From contig CAIYUY010000152.1 of assembly GCA_903929485.1 (NCBI GenBank), forward strand, positions 15,756 to 79,755: a stretch of 64,000 nucleotides of DNA, given 5' to 3'. Shown one piece after another: positions 8,768 to 18,525 of the stretch; the stretch's first letter is position 1; each line of letters starts with the position of its first letter. A program made the position numbers and the translations under genes. Source of the stretch: an uncultured Desulfuromonadales bacterium. Its GTDB lineage: Bacteria > Desulfobacterota > Desulfuromonadia > Geobacterales > CAIOGM01. Under the pieces are notes generated by a model. That model searched no databases, was not told where the DNA came from, and saw only the letters and a list, made by a program, of their open reading frames with translations.

Positions 8768-11700
8768 ATGGGCAAAGTCATTACGAAAAAAATCAGAGGA
8801 ATGGGATGGATGGCGAGGATCGGTCTGGTGCTCCTCTGCACCCTGCTGACCAGCGTCTTCATGCAGCAGGGATGGTACAAGCCGCTGGCCTCGGAAGCGG
8901 CAATCAGTGTCCAGCAGGCCTGGAGCACCGTCTATAACGGCACAGCCACTCCGGGAACGTACGCGTATCCCATCACCTCCGGTCCCAACAGGACCCTGGT
9001 CGTCGGAGTCTCCACCGTGGTCACCGCCACCACCGCCTCGCAGAGCTGCACCGTCACCTGGGGTGGGAAGCCGCTGGCGCTTGCCACGGGGAATGCCGCA
9101 ATCTCCGCCCAGCAGCACACCTACCTCTTTTACCTGGGTGAGGCGGATATCGCCGCGGCGTCGGGCTCGTCTCTCGTCATTGCCGTCACCGGCGGCACGG
9201 CAGCCTACAGTAACGTCTACGCCGGCGTCTATAACGGAGTGGACCAGGGTGCTCTCACGAAGATGGGGAGCTTTAACAACGGAACGACTACTACTTCCAC
9301 GATCGGTCCCCTTTCTCCCACGCTGACCCTCGCCACCGGCGACCTGGCGCTGGAACTTGTTAACCTGACTCGAACCGGCAGCGCCACCGCCCGGACGATC
9401 AGCAGCTGGGCCACCGGCTGGGCCGGCATTATTGCCAATACCGGCGCCAACAGCAGCAACTATGCCGTAAACACCAACATCGCCGGCAGCTCGACGGTGG
9501 GAACCACCTCCTCTTCTCATACGGCCAGCAGCTCCACGCTGGGCGCCATGTCAGCCCTGATCATCTCGCCGGTGGCCGGTGCGCCGGTCATAACCTCCGT
9601 CTCCCCCGTCTCCGTCAACATCGGCGATCCGGCCACCACCGTCACCATCACCGGCGCCGGTCTCACCGGTACCTCCTCCGTGACCTTCAGCGGGACCCTG
9701 GTTACCGCGGGGAGCCCCACTGTCGTCAGCGACACCCAGGTGACCGTGCCGGTAACCGCCGCAGCCGGAGCCGCCGCCGGCGACCGGACGGTGACGGTGA
9801 CCACACCGGTGGCGACCGGTTCCAAGCTGCTGACCGGTTTCGCCGTCAGCAACTTGCCGGCCCCCACCGTCACCGGCATCTCCACTCCCATCCTCGGTCA
9901 GGGAGGGAGCGCCCAGAACGTCACCATCACCGGCGCCAACTTCGTTAGCGGCGCCGGTCTCGCCTCAACCTTCGGCGCCGGCGTCACCGTGAACTCCACG
10001 AGCTATGTCAGTGCGACTCAACTCACCGCCAACATCACGGTGACGACTTCGGCCACCGTCGGATTGCATGACGTGGTCGTCACCAATCCCGATACCAAGT
10101 CCGGCGCCGGCACGGGTCTCCTCACGGTGAACGCCCGGGCCACTGTTCTCCTGACCTCCCCGTTCTCCGGTCTCCAGGGAGTAACGAACCAAGTCGTGAC
10201 GCTCTTCGGCACCGGCTTTTATCCCGGCGCGGGCTTGGCGGCTGTTTTCAGTGGCGCCGGTATTACCGTCAACTCAATAAGTTATGTGGATATGAATCAC
10301 CTCGGCGCCAACATTTCGCTGAGCGCAACGGCAGCCACCGGCGCCCGTACCATCACCGTCACTAATGGCGATACCGGGATCTCCGCTGCCGGTGGTTCTT
10401 ATACGGTGCTTGCTTCTACCGGCGCCGTCTCGATTTCTTCCCTCACTCCCTATGCAGTCGGTCAGGGGGTCAGTAACGCAAATGTTCAAATCTATGGCGC
10501 CGGTTTTGATCCTGCCGCCACCGTCACCTTCAGCAGCAGCAGAGTAACACTCAACTCCACCACCTTTATCGACTCCACGCACCTTACCGCCAACATTACA
10601 ACCAGCACCTCTTCCGCTCAGAGCTCCAACGTCACGGTGACCAATCCTGCCAGTGCCGGAAGCGGGACGTTTACCGCCACCGCCGGCTTCTACATCAACA
10701 GCCGTCCGACAATCACCTCGGTGACCCCCACCACCGGGCTCGCAGGTAACGCCTATGACCTGACCTTCGTGGGGACCGGCTTTCAGGCCGGGGCCGTAGT
10801 AGCCATCACCGGATCGGGGGTAACGATCAGCAACGTGAACGTGACCAGCGCCACCAGCATGACGGCCCATATGGTCATCGGCGCCACCCCCACCTACGGG
10901 CTTCAGACCCTCACCATCACCAACCCCGATCTTGGGTACAACACCATCTCCTTCAACGTGGCCAGCCTGACCTCGCCGGCAATCACCTCCATTTCCCCCA
11001 ACGTCATTGGTCAGGGGGCCACCGGGGTGAATGTCACCATCAACGGCGCCAACTTCGTCAGCGGCGCCACGGTGCTCTTCGGCGCCACCGGTAATACCAA
11101 CTTCACCACCAACTCGGTGACCTTCATCAGCTCCACCCAGCTGATCGCCAATCTTACTGTCGGGACAGGAGCGACGGTGGGGACCAACAACACCACTGTC
11201 ACCGTGACCAATCCCAACAGTGAAGCCGGTCTTGCCTCGCTTCTCAGCATCACTGCCCGTCCGGGGACGACGACGTTTACACCCACCATCGGGACGTTGG
11301 GAACCACCTTCGACATCGCCATCGTCAGCACTACTTTGGCGGCCGGCCCCGGCTTCGGCGTCACCGTCAGCGGCGCCGGTGTGACGGTGAACAGCTTCGC
11401 CTTACTCAGCGCCACGTCGGCCACCGCCAACGTGACCATCGACGCCGGCTATCTTGTGGCTCCCCTGGGAAGCCGGGTCATCACTCTCTCCAATGGCGAC
11501 TACGGCGCCAGGACCGGCACCCTGACCGTGCGCGGGCTTGTCCCCACGGTCATCGCCGCGACTCCCGCCATTCGCCAGGGGGCTGTCAACCAGAACGTGA
11601 CGATCACCGGGACTAACTTCTACCCCGGCGCCGTCGCCACCTTCAGTAACGCCGGTGTTACCGTCAACTCCACCACCTTCGTCGATCCCGCGACGGTAAC

Positions 11701-14341
11701 AGCCAACATCTCCGTGGACGGCGCCGCCGTCATCGGTAGCAGCAACATCACCGTCACCAACGCCGATACCCAGGCCGCAACGGGGACCGGAATCTTTACG
11801 GTGTCCGCCGCGCCTACCGTCACCTCCAACTCCCCTCTGACCGGTGGCCGGGGGGCGACCCTGGATGTTACCATCAACGGCGCCGGCTTCGTTTCCGGCG
11901 CCTCGGTTGTCTTCAGCGGCACGGGCATCACGGTGAACTCCGTCAGCGGCAGCGGTTCCAGCCTCACGGCAAACATCACCATCGCAGCAGACGCACTCCT
12001 GACTACCCGGAGTATCACGGTAACCAACCTGGACGGCAGCAACGCAGCCGGCGGCGCTTTCACGGTCCTCCTGCCGGTCGCCACCACCACTGCTCCCCTT
12101 ACCTTCGGTCAGGTCACCGAAACGAGTATCACGGTTTTGGCGCCCTACACCAATGACAGCAACGGTAACAATGCCTGCACCATCCTCTGGGGTACCGCTC
12201 CAGGGTCCTATACCAACAGCGCCGCTGCCGTGCGGCAGTCGGGATACTTTACGGCAACTCTCACCGGTCTCACCGGCGGGGTTGATGGAGAAGGTAAGGC
12301 TTACTATTTCCAGGTAACTTTCAGCGATGCCGACGGCGTCATCGGCGCAAACCCGGTTGCCGGGGTGCAATCCACCAAGGCCCGGCTGTTGATGCATAAC
12401 AGTGAAAACCTTAATTCAGGTAAATGGTCACAGGGGTGGGGTGTCACCGGCGGCAAGTACGGTGTGTTCACCTGCTCCACCTGCCACAGCGAGAACACCA
12501 CCAACAGCAAGATGATTGCCGGTTCCATCCAGACCCCCTCCCTGGAAAACTGGAGCTCCTCGGGGAGCAGCACGGTCGCTCCCGTTGTTTTCACCAAGGT
12601 CATGGGGGTCGATGCTCCCCACGCCACCTCCGATAAGGTTTGCGAAGTTTGTCACAGTCGCACGAGCCACCATCTCTACAACAACCCCGCTGCCAACCAT
12701 GAGGGGACCAAGGCCTGCACCGACTGCCATAGCCACAAACAGGGCTTTCTCACAAATTGCATCGATTGCCACTCTACCCCCCAGGGTAACCGTCGTCAGG
12801 TCGTGGGGAATGGTGGAGACTTCTTCTCCAACATGACCACCCATGTGAAGAGCTCCAGCATCAGCTCGCTCTCCTGCATGGCCTGCCACGACACCAATGG
12901 TCACAGATCCTTCGGCGATGGCGTCAGCGTCAAGCTGCGGAACGCCAACGGCGGCGCCTCCGTCGTGTACGACGGCACCTCCGCCACCGCCTCGGCAGTG
13001 AAGGACACCTGTATCTCCTGTCATGACGCCAACGGCGCTTCCGCCTACGGCGCTAACGCCCGGTCGCCCTTCGCCCCCTCCGGCGACACCAAGGCGCCCG
13101 CCGATATCAGCCAGTACTGGCCGGCAACGGGGGGAGCTCATAATGTCAACATGGTCTGCTTCAACTGCCATGGCAATTCAAAGGGGGTTGACGGGAGTAC
13201 CGTCAATCCGAAATATAACGGCCATGCTTCGGGAACCAAGCATATTCTCCAGGATCAGGCCTACGACGTGGTGAATCCCAATAACTACTGCTTCAATTGT
13301 CACAATGCGGCTTCCACCAATCCGAACAAGTCGTCAAAAAACATTGCCGGACAGATGGCTCTGGCTTCCAGGCATACCACCGCCAAATGCTTCGACTGCC
13401 ATGGCGCCGAGAGCAATAGCGTCAACAGCATGCATTCCCTGCGCGCCGGTTCACAGGTGAACTCTACAACCATCGCCAACAATATTTCCAATGCCGACGG
13501 CAGGAGCATGACTTGGTCCGGGACCAAGTGGGGTGGCGCTTCAGCTTCCACTCCTCTGACTTCGGGGACGGTAACCGCGGAATATCAGATCTGTATTAAA
13601 TGTCATGCCGCAACCGGCTCCGGCACGACCCCCGACGTTCCCGGGGTCGGTACCGCCGCCGCATCCCTCACCAATCTGGCTCTGGAGTTCAATCCCAACA
13701 ACGCTTCGGGCCACCCGGTCGTCACGGGACTGAACAATTACCGCAACTCCGTCGCCCCCAAGGCGCTGGCCGCAGCCACCATGAAGGCCCCCTGGAATGT
13801 GAACCTGGGGACCCAGGTCATGAGCTGCACTGACTGCCACGCCACCGACAGCGCCGGGGCCAAGGGGCCCCACGGCTCCTCCGTGAAATGGATGCTGGCC
13901 GGCGCCAACAAGGCATGGCCCTACACCACTGCCGCCGCCAACGGCACCAGCAGCGGCACCTTCTTCCGGATCGCTACCTACAATACCGGTGACGGTACGG
14001 CAAACGGCCTCTTCTGCCTCAATTGCCACACGATCAATGCCTCCAACAACTGGCATGCGAACTCCAATCTCGCAACCAGCGGCGGCGAACATACCTCCAG
14101 TACAACCGGTCCTCCGGTTTGCGTCAACTGTCATATCAGGGTCCCCCACGGCGGCAAGATCGCCCGTCTCCTCCAGACGACCAATGCTCCCGGGCGTTAT
14201 CAGGCCGGTGGTATTGCCGGTACGCCGCTCTTCACCCAGTGGGGCCCCACCACGGGAACCATCAAAGGGACGACCATGAGCAGCAGCAACTTCAACAGCT
14301 CATGCAATGAGCACAGCGGTACCGGCGGAGAAGCCTGGTAA
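8768..14341 (+). CDS. Giant surface protein: signal/anchor, unknown about 230-aa domain, nine IPT/TIG-like Ig repeats, one FN3-like domain and a C-terminal 13-haem c-type cytochrome domain
   Basis: 1857 aa. AGAGGG RBS upstream. Hydrophobic N-terminus ARIGLVLLCTLLTSVF. The repeats have the consensus P.IT..SP....QG.....VTI.G..F..GA...FSG.GVTVNS......T.LTANI........G...ITVTN.D. I counted 13 CxxCH motifs between about 12468 and 14130. Confidence 0.85.
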   Translation: MGKVITKKIRGMGWMARIGLVLLCTLLTSVFMQQGWYKPLASEAAISVQQAWSTVYNGTATPGTYAYPITSGPNRTLVVGVSTVVTATTASQSCTVTWGGKPLALATGNAAISAQQHTYLFYLGEADIAAASGSSLVIAVTGGTAAYSNVYAGVYNGVDQGALTKMGSFNNGTTTTSTIGPLSPTLTLATGDLALELVNLTRTGSATARTISSWATGWAGIIANTGANSSNYAVNTNIAGSSTVGTTSSSHTASSSTLGAMSALIISPVAGAPVITSVSPVSVNIGDPATTVTITGAGLTGTSSVTFSGTLVTAGSPTVVSDTQVTVPVTAAAGAAAGDRTVTVTTPVATGSKLLTGFAVSNLPAPTVTGISTPILGQGGSAQNVTITGANFVSGAGLASTFGAGVTVNSTSYVSATQLTANITVTTSATVGLHDVVVTNPDTKSGAGTGLLTVNARATVLLTSPFSGLQGVTNQVVTLFGTGFYPGAGLAAVFSGAGITVNSISYVDMNHLGANISLSATAATGARTITVTNGDTGISAAGGSYTVLASTGAVSISSLTPYAVGQGVSNANVQIYGAGFDPAATVTFSSSRVTLNSTTFIDSTHLTANITTSTSSAQSSNVTVTNPASAGSGTFTATAGFYINSRPTITSVTPTTGLAGNAYDLTFVGTGFQAGAVVAITGSGVTISNVNVTSATSMTAHMVIGATPTYGLQTLTITNPDLGYNTISFNVASLTSPAITSISPNVIGQGATGVNVTINGANFVSGATVLFGATGNTNFTTNSVTFISSTQLIANLTVGTGATVGTNNTTVTVTNPNSEAGLASLLSITARPGTTTFTPTIGTLGTTFDIAIVSTTLAAGPGFGVTVSGAGVTVNSFALLSATSATANVTIDAGYLVAPLGSRVITLSNGDYGARTGTLTVRGLVPTVIAATPAIRQGAVNQNVTITGTNFYPGAVATFSNAGVTVNSTTFVDPATVTANISVDGAAVIGSSNITVTNADTQAATGTGIFTVSAAPTVTSNSPLTGGRGATLDVTINGAGFVSGASVVFSGTGITVNSVSGSGSSLTANITIAADALLTTRSITVTNLDGSNAAGGAFTVLLPVATTTAPLTFGQVTETSITVLAPYTNDSNGNNACTILWGTAPGSYTNSAAAVRQSGYFTATLTGLTGGVDGEGKAYYFQVTFSDADGVIGANPVAGVQSTKARLLMHNSENLNSGKWSQGWGVTGGKYGVFTCSTCHSENTTNSKMIAGSIQTPSLENWSSSGSSTVAPVVFTKVMGVDAPHATSDKVCEVCHSRTSHHLYNNPAANHEGTKACTDCHSHKQGFLTNCIDCHSTPQGNRRQVVGNGGDFFSNMTTHVKSSSISSLSCMACHDTNGHRSFGDGVSVKLRNANGGASVVYDGTSATASAVKDTCISCHDANGASAYGANARSPFAPSGDTKAPADISQYWPATGGAHNVNMVCFNCHGNSKGVDGSTVNPKYNGHASGTKHILQDQAYDVVNPNNYCFNCHNAASTNPNKSSKNIAGQMALASRHTTAKCFDCHGAESNSVNSMHSLRAGSQVNSTTIANNISNADGRSMTWSGTKWGGASASTPLTSGTVTAEYQICIKCHAATGSGTTPDVPGVGTAAASLTNLALEFNPNNASGHPVVTGLNNYRNSVAPKALAAATMKAPWNVNLGTQVMSCTDCHATDSAGAKGPHGSSVKWMLAGANKAWPYTTAAANGTSSGTFFRIATYNTGDGTANGLFCLNCHTINASNNWHANSNLATSGGEHTSSTTGPPVCVNCHIRVPHGGKIARLLQTTNAPGRYQAGGIAGTPLFTQWGPTTGTIKGTTMSSSNFNSSCNEHSGTGGEAW
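9581..12072 (+). repeat. Nine tandem, diverged Ig-like (IPT/TIG-type) domain repeats of about 92 aa, inside CDS 8768..14341
   Basis: I delimited the repeat boundaries by hand from the recurring P(A/T)(I/V)T..(S/T)P ... TVTN.D pattern. Divergence at the amino-acid level argues against recent duplication or an assembly artefact. Confidence 0.8.
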
Positions 14342-14419
14342 CGCTCATCAGCCCCTCCGGGAGATGATATTCCGGAGGGGCGCACTCTTCTCCCACCTCA
14401 TCGGTATTACTCGTAATGA

Positions 14420-14447
14420 AAGCCGGGGTTGACTCCCCGGCTTTTTT
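14420..14447 (+). terminator. Rho-independent terminator after the giant cytochrome gene
   Basis: AGCCGGGG-TTGACT-CCCCGGCT followed by a T6 run. A second 10-bp hairpin without a U-tract sits at 14351..14381. Confidence 0.75.
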
Positions 14448-14483
14448 ATGAACAAAACGGAAATCAAAGCCGGAGCGCGAACC

Positions 14484-15026
14484 ATGCGTAAAACTACCCT
14501 GATCATCTTTCTTTTCACCACCGCTCTGTTTGCCGGCTGTAAAGAGGCTCCACCGGGCAAGGGGGGGGCAGTACAACCCCAACGTACATCCGGTGGCGCC
14601 GTCACCGAGATCGTCCACCGAAGGATTGCCCGCTATAATCAACTTCTCAGCGAGGGGTACAAGAGTATCAACATGACCTCGCTGCAGGAGGTGACGACTC
14701 CGGAGTTGGCGGAAAAAGCCTATTATCATATGGCGGCCATCGGCGAGGGGAACAGCCGGATGGTGTCGGAGTTGAAAAAACTCGATTTCGTGGAGACTCT
14801 CTGCTCTAGTGCCATCACCTGTCGGGTTGTCACCAGGGAGCTGTGGGATTACTCCTATGAAGAGATCAAGAGCGGCAAGAAGGTCTACGAGGTGAAGGAT
14901 TACCTCTATGATGTGCGGTATCTGCTGGAGAGCCGGCAGGGAAGGTGGGTCATAACGGAGATCACCGCCACCGGCGAAGATCGCAAGGAGGTCCCCTCAT
15001 GGAAAGAGCTACTCAAAAAAAGGTAA
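14484..15026 (+). CDS. Putative lipoprotein, unknown function
   Basis: I chose the start MRKTTLIIFLFTTALFAGC because the longer ORF would begin inside the terminator T-run. The lipobox is LFAGC. I recognised no family. Confidence 0.55.
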   Translation: MRKTTLIIFLFTTALFAGCKEAPPGKGGAVQPQRTSGGAVTEIVHRRIARYNQLLSEGYKSINMTSLQEVTTPELAEKAYYHMAAIGEGNSRMVSELKKLDFVETLCSSAITCRVVTRELWDYSYEEIKSGKKVYEVKDYLYDVRYLLESRQGRWVITEITATGEDRKEVPSWKELLKKR

Positions 15027-15066
15027 TATCTAACGACCGCGACCATGGTGGCGAGGGAAGCAGTGC

Positions 15067-15864
15067 ATGCCTGAGCTGACCGTCCGCCGCTGTTGCGCCA
15101 TCTTCGCCATCGTTGCTTTTTTTGCTGTTGTCGTCATCGCCGCTCTCCACCGTCTGGGGAGTGAGAGCAGGGTGGTGGGGAAGAGCGGATTGATAGGCTC
15201 GCCGGACATTGTCAAATTAATGGCTGATGATCCTTCGGAGGCGTACCGGATCTGGAAGGAGTTCGGCTACCGGGGCCGAATAATCGTTTATCTGGCGGAT
15301 CGATGGGAAACGTGTAATCCCGATGAAATGATACCGGCGCCATTGGCTCGACCGTACCCCCTGTCTCTGGTGAATCCGGCACGGTTTCTTGAGGAGAACA
15401 ACCTGAACGGCGCTACGTTTCTCTATATCGCTTCCTTGAATAGGATTACCCGGAAGATCGTGGCGCTTCTCCCCCCCGGGGAGATCAGCAGGATGGTGGG
15501 AGCGACCAAGAGAGGGAAGGATTTTCAGATTACATCCAGCGGTATTGATGATTCCCGGCAAGGTTTTCCGCGACGATTCACCACTGTCGACCATTTTGCC
15601 GGCAGTGGAGAGCCCGTGCTTCTCTACGTGGGGGCATCCTGTCTTCGCGCGGTGGAGCCCGAGGAACTTTACCGTCTCTTGATCAAATCCGGAGTTACTA
15701 CTGACTGCGTCATCCTTTGTCGGGAAAAAGGGAAAGATTCGGTGTCTCCGGTTGAAGTAGCCAAACTCCACCGCTTTGCTCGGCTCATGGGCTTGAGAAC
15801 CCTTTCGGGAAGCCGGGGCGCCACCCGGTACGTAGCTCCCATGGCCGCGGTACCGGCATCATGA
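15067..15864 (+). CDS. Hypothetical protein with a single N-terminal transmembrane anchor
   Basis: 265 aa. GAGGGAAG RBS upstream. Hydrophobic segment CCAIFAIVAFFAVVVIAAL. The stop overlaps the next start (ATGA). I recognised no family. Confidence 0.5.
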   Translation: MPELTVRRCCAIFAIVAFFAVVVIAALHRLGSESRVVGKSGLIGSPDIVKLMADDPSEAYRIWKEFGYRGRIIVYLADRWETCNPDEMIPAPLARPYPLSLVNPARFLEENNLNGATFLYIASLNRITRKIVALLPPGEISRMVGATKRGKDFQITSSGIDDSRQGFPRRFTTVDHFAGSGEPVLLYVGASCLRAVEPEELYRLLIKSGVTTDCVILCREKGKDSVSPVEVAKLHRFARLMGLRTLSGSRGATRYVAPMAAVPAS

Positions 15865-17189
15865 AAATTGTTACCTTTCCCCACTGGAAGCCCCGGCTGC
15901 CGGCGGGAGTCACACTGCTATCTCTGATTCTGAACGGCATCCTCCTGTCACGGCAGCCGGTTTCCCTGGATGATTTTCACGTGGCGCTCTCCGCCATCAA
16001 TTTTACGGAATCCGGACAGCTGGGCCCGACCATGTGGAATCATCCGGTGTTGCGTAACCTCCTGGTCTACGGGACCATGAAGCTGTTCGGCACCGGAGTC
16101 CTCGGTGTGAAAGGGGTGTCTCTTCTCCTGGGAACCCTCTGCACTCCCCTGGTGGCCCTGGTGGCCCGGCGGATCTTTCGAGATGAGCGGATCGCCCTCA
16201 CCGCGGCTCTTCTCTGGGCTGTTGACCCCCTGGTCATCGATTTCTCCCGCCAGGGTATCAACGATATCTATCTGGCCTTCTTCCCCTTGCTTGGCATCTA
16301 TCTGGCCTATCGTTTTCGAGAAACAGCCAACTCGGCGTGGCTGTTGGTTTCGGGGATAGCCTTCGGTCTGGGGTTGGCTTCCAAGTGGAGCGCCCTGTTC
16401 CCTTTGACGGCGACCTTTGTTCTGATCATCGTCACCATCGCTGGGGGAGCGGGGGGGATGCGGGAGAGGTTGGCTCGTTATTGTCATGTGACGGCCCTCC
16501 TCCTGGTGATTCCGGCCTTGGTTTATCTGCTGACTTTTGTCCCCTGGTTTGCCCGGGGGTACACTCCGGCGGAGTGGCCGGCGCTCCAGCGGAGCATGTT
16601 TCTGGAGACCTCTCAACATGCGGGGTACAAGCCCAAACTGTGGGACGACCGGGACAACCGGGCCTGGAAGTGGTTCGTCGTCCCGTCGCTGTTCGTCGAC
16701 CCTTTCATGAATCTGGACCACATTTGGGGAGATGAAGAGGTGGTAGTGACTCCGGAGAAGAACGTAACGGTGGTCCTGGGGGTCGCAAATCCCCTGGTCT
16801 GGCTGCTGACGCTCCCGGCGATTTTTTTCCTGCTCCGCCGAGGAATTCGCCAGCGGGATGAAGGGAGAGTGTATCTGGTTGCGTTGTTTTGCTGCTCTTA
16901 TCTCCCCCTGATTCTGTCGCCGCGCCCCATCTGGTTGAATACCGCCCTTTCGGTTCTTCCTTATGCTATCATGGCTGTCGGGGGTCTGATTTGGACTCTG
17001 GCTGACCGTCTCCAGCGACCGGGGCGCGGTGTTGCACTTTATCTGCTCCTGGTTCTCCTCGTTGCTTCGCCGCTGTATCCGTTGGCCATCGGCAAGGGGA
17101 TGAGAATACCTTTTTTCAGGGAGTACCTGGCAAGTCGCTATCTCGTGCAGTTCAAAGAGAAGATGCCTCATACGCCGTCACAGCCATGA
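15861..17189 (+). CDS. GT39/PMT-like (GT-C fold) phospholipid-carrier-dependent glycosyltransferase
   Basis: 442 aa and polytopic. An acidic pair (SLDDF) sits in the first loop. The layout HP.LRNLL.YG..KLFG ... ARRIF ... DP..IDFSRQGINDIYL resembles bacterial protein O-mannosyltransferase/ArnT-type enzymes. Confidence 0.6.
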   Translation: MKIVTFPHWKPRLPAGVTLLSLILNGILLSRQPVSLDDFHVALSAINFTESGQLGPTMWNHPVLRNLLVYGTMKLFGTGVLGVKGVSLLLGTLCTPLVALVARRIFRDERIALTAALLWAVDPLVIDFSRQGINDIYLAFFPLLGIYLAYRFRETANSAWLLVSGIAFGLGLASKWSALFPLTATFVLIIVTIAGGAGGMRERLARYCHVTALLLVIPALVYLLTFVPWFARGYTPAEWPALQRSMFLETSQHAGYKPKLWDDRDNRAWKWFVVPSLFVDPFMNLDHIWGDEEVVVTPEKNVTVVLGVANPLVWLLTLPAIFFLLRRGIRQRDEGRVYLVALFCCSYLPLILSPRPIWLNTALSVLPYAIMAVGGLIWTLADRLQRPGRGVALYLLLVLLVASPLYPLAIGKGMRIPFFREYLASRYLVQFKEKMPHTPSQP

Positions 17190-17208
17190 CGTTATCCGGA
17201 CTACATTC

Positions 17209-18525
17209 GTGAAACCAGCCAAATTCCTTACCGCACGCTCCACCGTCATGACGCTGTTGATTGCCGTCAGTTCGGCGCTCCTCCTTACCTGTTTTCTGCC
17301 GCAACGGAGCTCCGGTGACGGAAATATTCCCCCGTGGGTCGGTCGACTGCCGGAGCAGTTCCATTTTCTCTCCTCACTGCTTGGCCTGGACAACATTGTT
17401 GGCGCCGGCTGGTTTGCATTTTTGGTCGGGCTCTTTTCATGTTCACTCATCTTCTCCACCTTGGCCCAGTACAAAACCGCCATGTCTCAGGCCCGGCGAC
17501 TTCCCTCGGGGTCCATACCGGACGAGAGTATCCGCCTCAAACTGTCGCCCTCGCTTCTTGCCCAACGTTTACAGACGGCGGGATACCGCTTGGCCGGCAG
17601 CGGGGAGGGCGTAGAGAGGTATGTGAAAAACCGCTGGGGTTACTGGGGAAATTTTCTGATTCACCTGGGATTGGTCACCGTGGTTCTCTTCTCCCTGGTT
17701 TATATCGTGACCCGGCATCGGGTGTTGCTGCGGCTTACCGGGGGTGAGATGACGTTGCTCACCCCCGGTAATTTTGTCGAAATGAAGGGGGTCATGCCGC
17801 TTCAGCGCCGCCTTCCCGCCGGCATCTCCTTGATCCGGTTGGAACCCCGTTTCTGGAAAAACGATAAACTGGAATTTCTGAGTTCCGAACTTTCATTCAC
17901 CGACCGTCCCGGTAGTCAGCCTCGGCGGGTGGATGTTGCCCTCTGTGACAAGTCCCAGTACGGTCCCTTTATCGTCTACCAGATGAATGCCTACGGTCGC
18001 GCTTTTGATCTCTTGTTCGAATCACCGCGGGGAGAGAGACATGGACAGCGTTTTTTTCTGCCGTATCCTCCCAGTCACATGAAGGCCGGCTATGGCGATA
18101 CGGCGCTGGAAGGGACCGATCTCCTTCTCAAGGGAAAGTTCTACACCGATTCAAAACGCCAATCCATGAAGCTCAACTCTCCACCTCTTTATCTGCGTCT
18201 TCAGCGAGGACAGGAACTCCTGGGGGAGGTAACTCTTCAGCCGGGTGCCGCCAAGGTGTTGGGTCCTCTCAAGGTCACGTTGACCCGTTCTTCCTGGTGG
18301 ACTGATATCCTCCTGGAAGGGAGTCGCGGCACGACCGGTATTTTTGCCGGCTTTGCCGTCATTCTGGCGGGGGTGCTTATCTCCTACTGTCTTGTCCCCC
18401 GAGAGATCATTGTCAGGGAATCCGGCGGAACGCTTCATCTCCAGCAGGTGGCGCGGCGTTTCGCCCTGTTTTACCGTGAAGAGTTTGCAGATATCATACA
18501 GGCACGACAATCAGGAGAATCATGA
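17209..18525 (+). CDS. resB: Cytochrome c biogenesis protein ResB/Ccs1 (System II)
   Basis: 438 aa with a GTG start. The topology and the WGYWGNFLIHLGLVTVVLF segment are typical of ResB. The stop overlaps the ccsA start. Confidence 0.7.
   Translation: MKPAKFLTARSTVMTLLIAVSSALLLTCFLPQRSSGDGNIPPWVGRLPEQFHFLSSLLGLDNIVGAGWFAFLVGLFSCSLIFSTLAQYKTAMSQARRLPSGSIPDESIRLKLSPSLLAQRLQTAGYRLAGSGEGVERYVKNRWGYWGNFLIHLGLVTVVLFSLVYIVTRHRVLLRLTGGEMTLLTPGNFVEMKGVMPLQRRLPAGISLIRLEPRFWKNDKLEFLSSELSFTDRPGSQPRRVDVALCDKSQYGPFIVYQMNAYGRAFDLLFESPRGERHGQRFFLPYPPSHMKAGYGDTALEGTDLLLKGKFYTDSKRQSMKLNSPPLYLRLQRGQELLGEVTLQPGAAKVLGPLKVTLTRSSWWTDILLEGSRGTTGIFAGFAVILAGVLISYCLVPREIIVRESGGTLHLQQVARRFALFYREEFADIIQARQSGES

Noticed and set aside
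9517-13171. Several antisense ORFs of 120-330 aa inside the giant cytochrome gene (for example 11402..12397 and 12428..13171)
   Set aside because: They are Gly/Arg/Ala-rich mirror frames of a gene with clear domain repeats and haem motifs. They have no RBS and no motifs.
15948-17171. 407-aa minus-strand ORF opposite the GT39 gene
   Set aside because: It is a Arg/Gln/Pro-rich low-complexity translation opposite a well-formed polytopic membrane protein frame, so I treat it as an antisense artefact.
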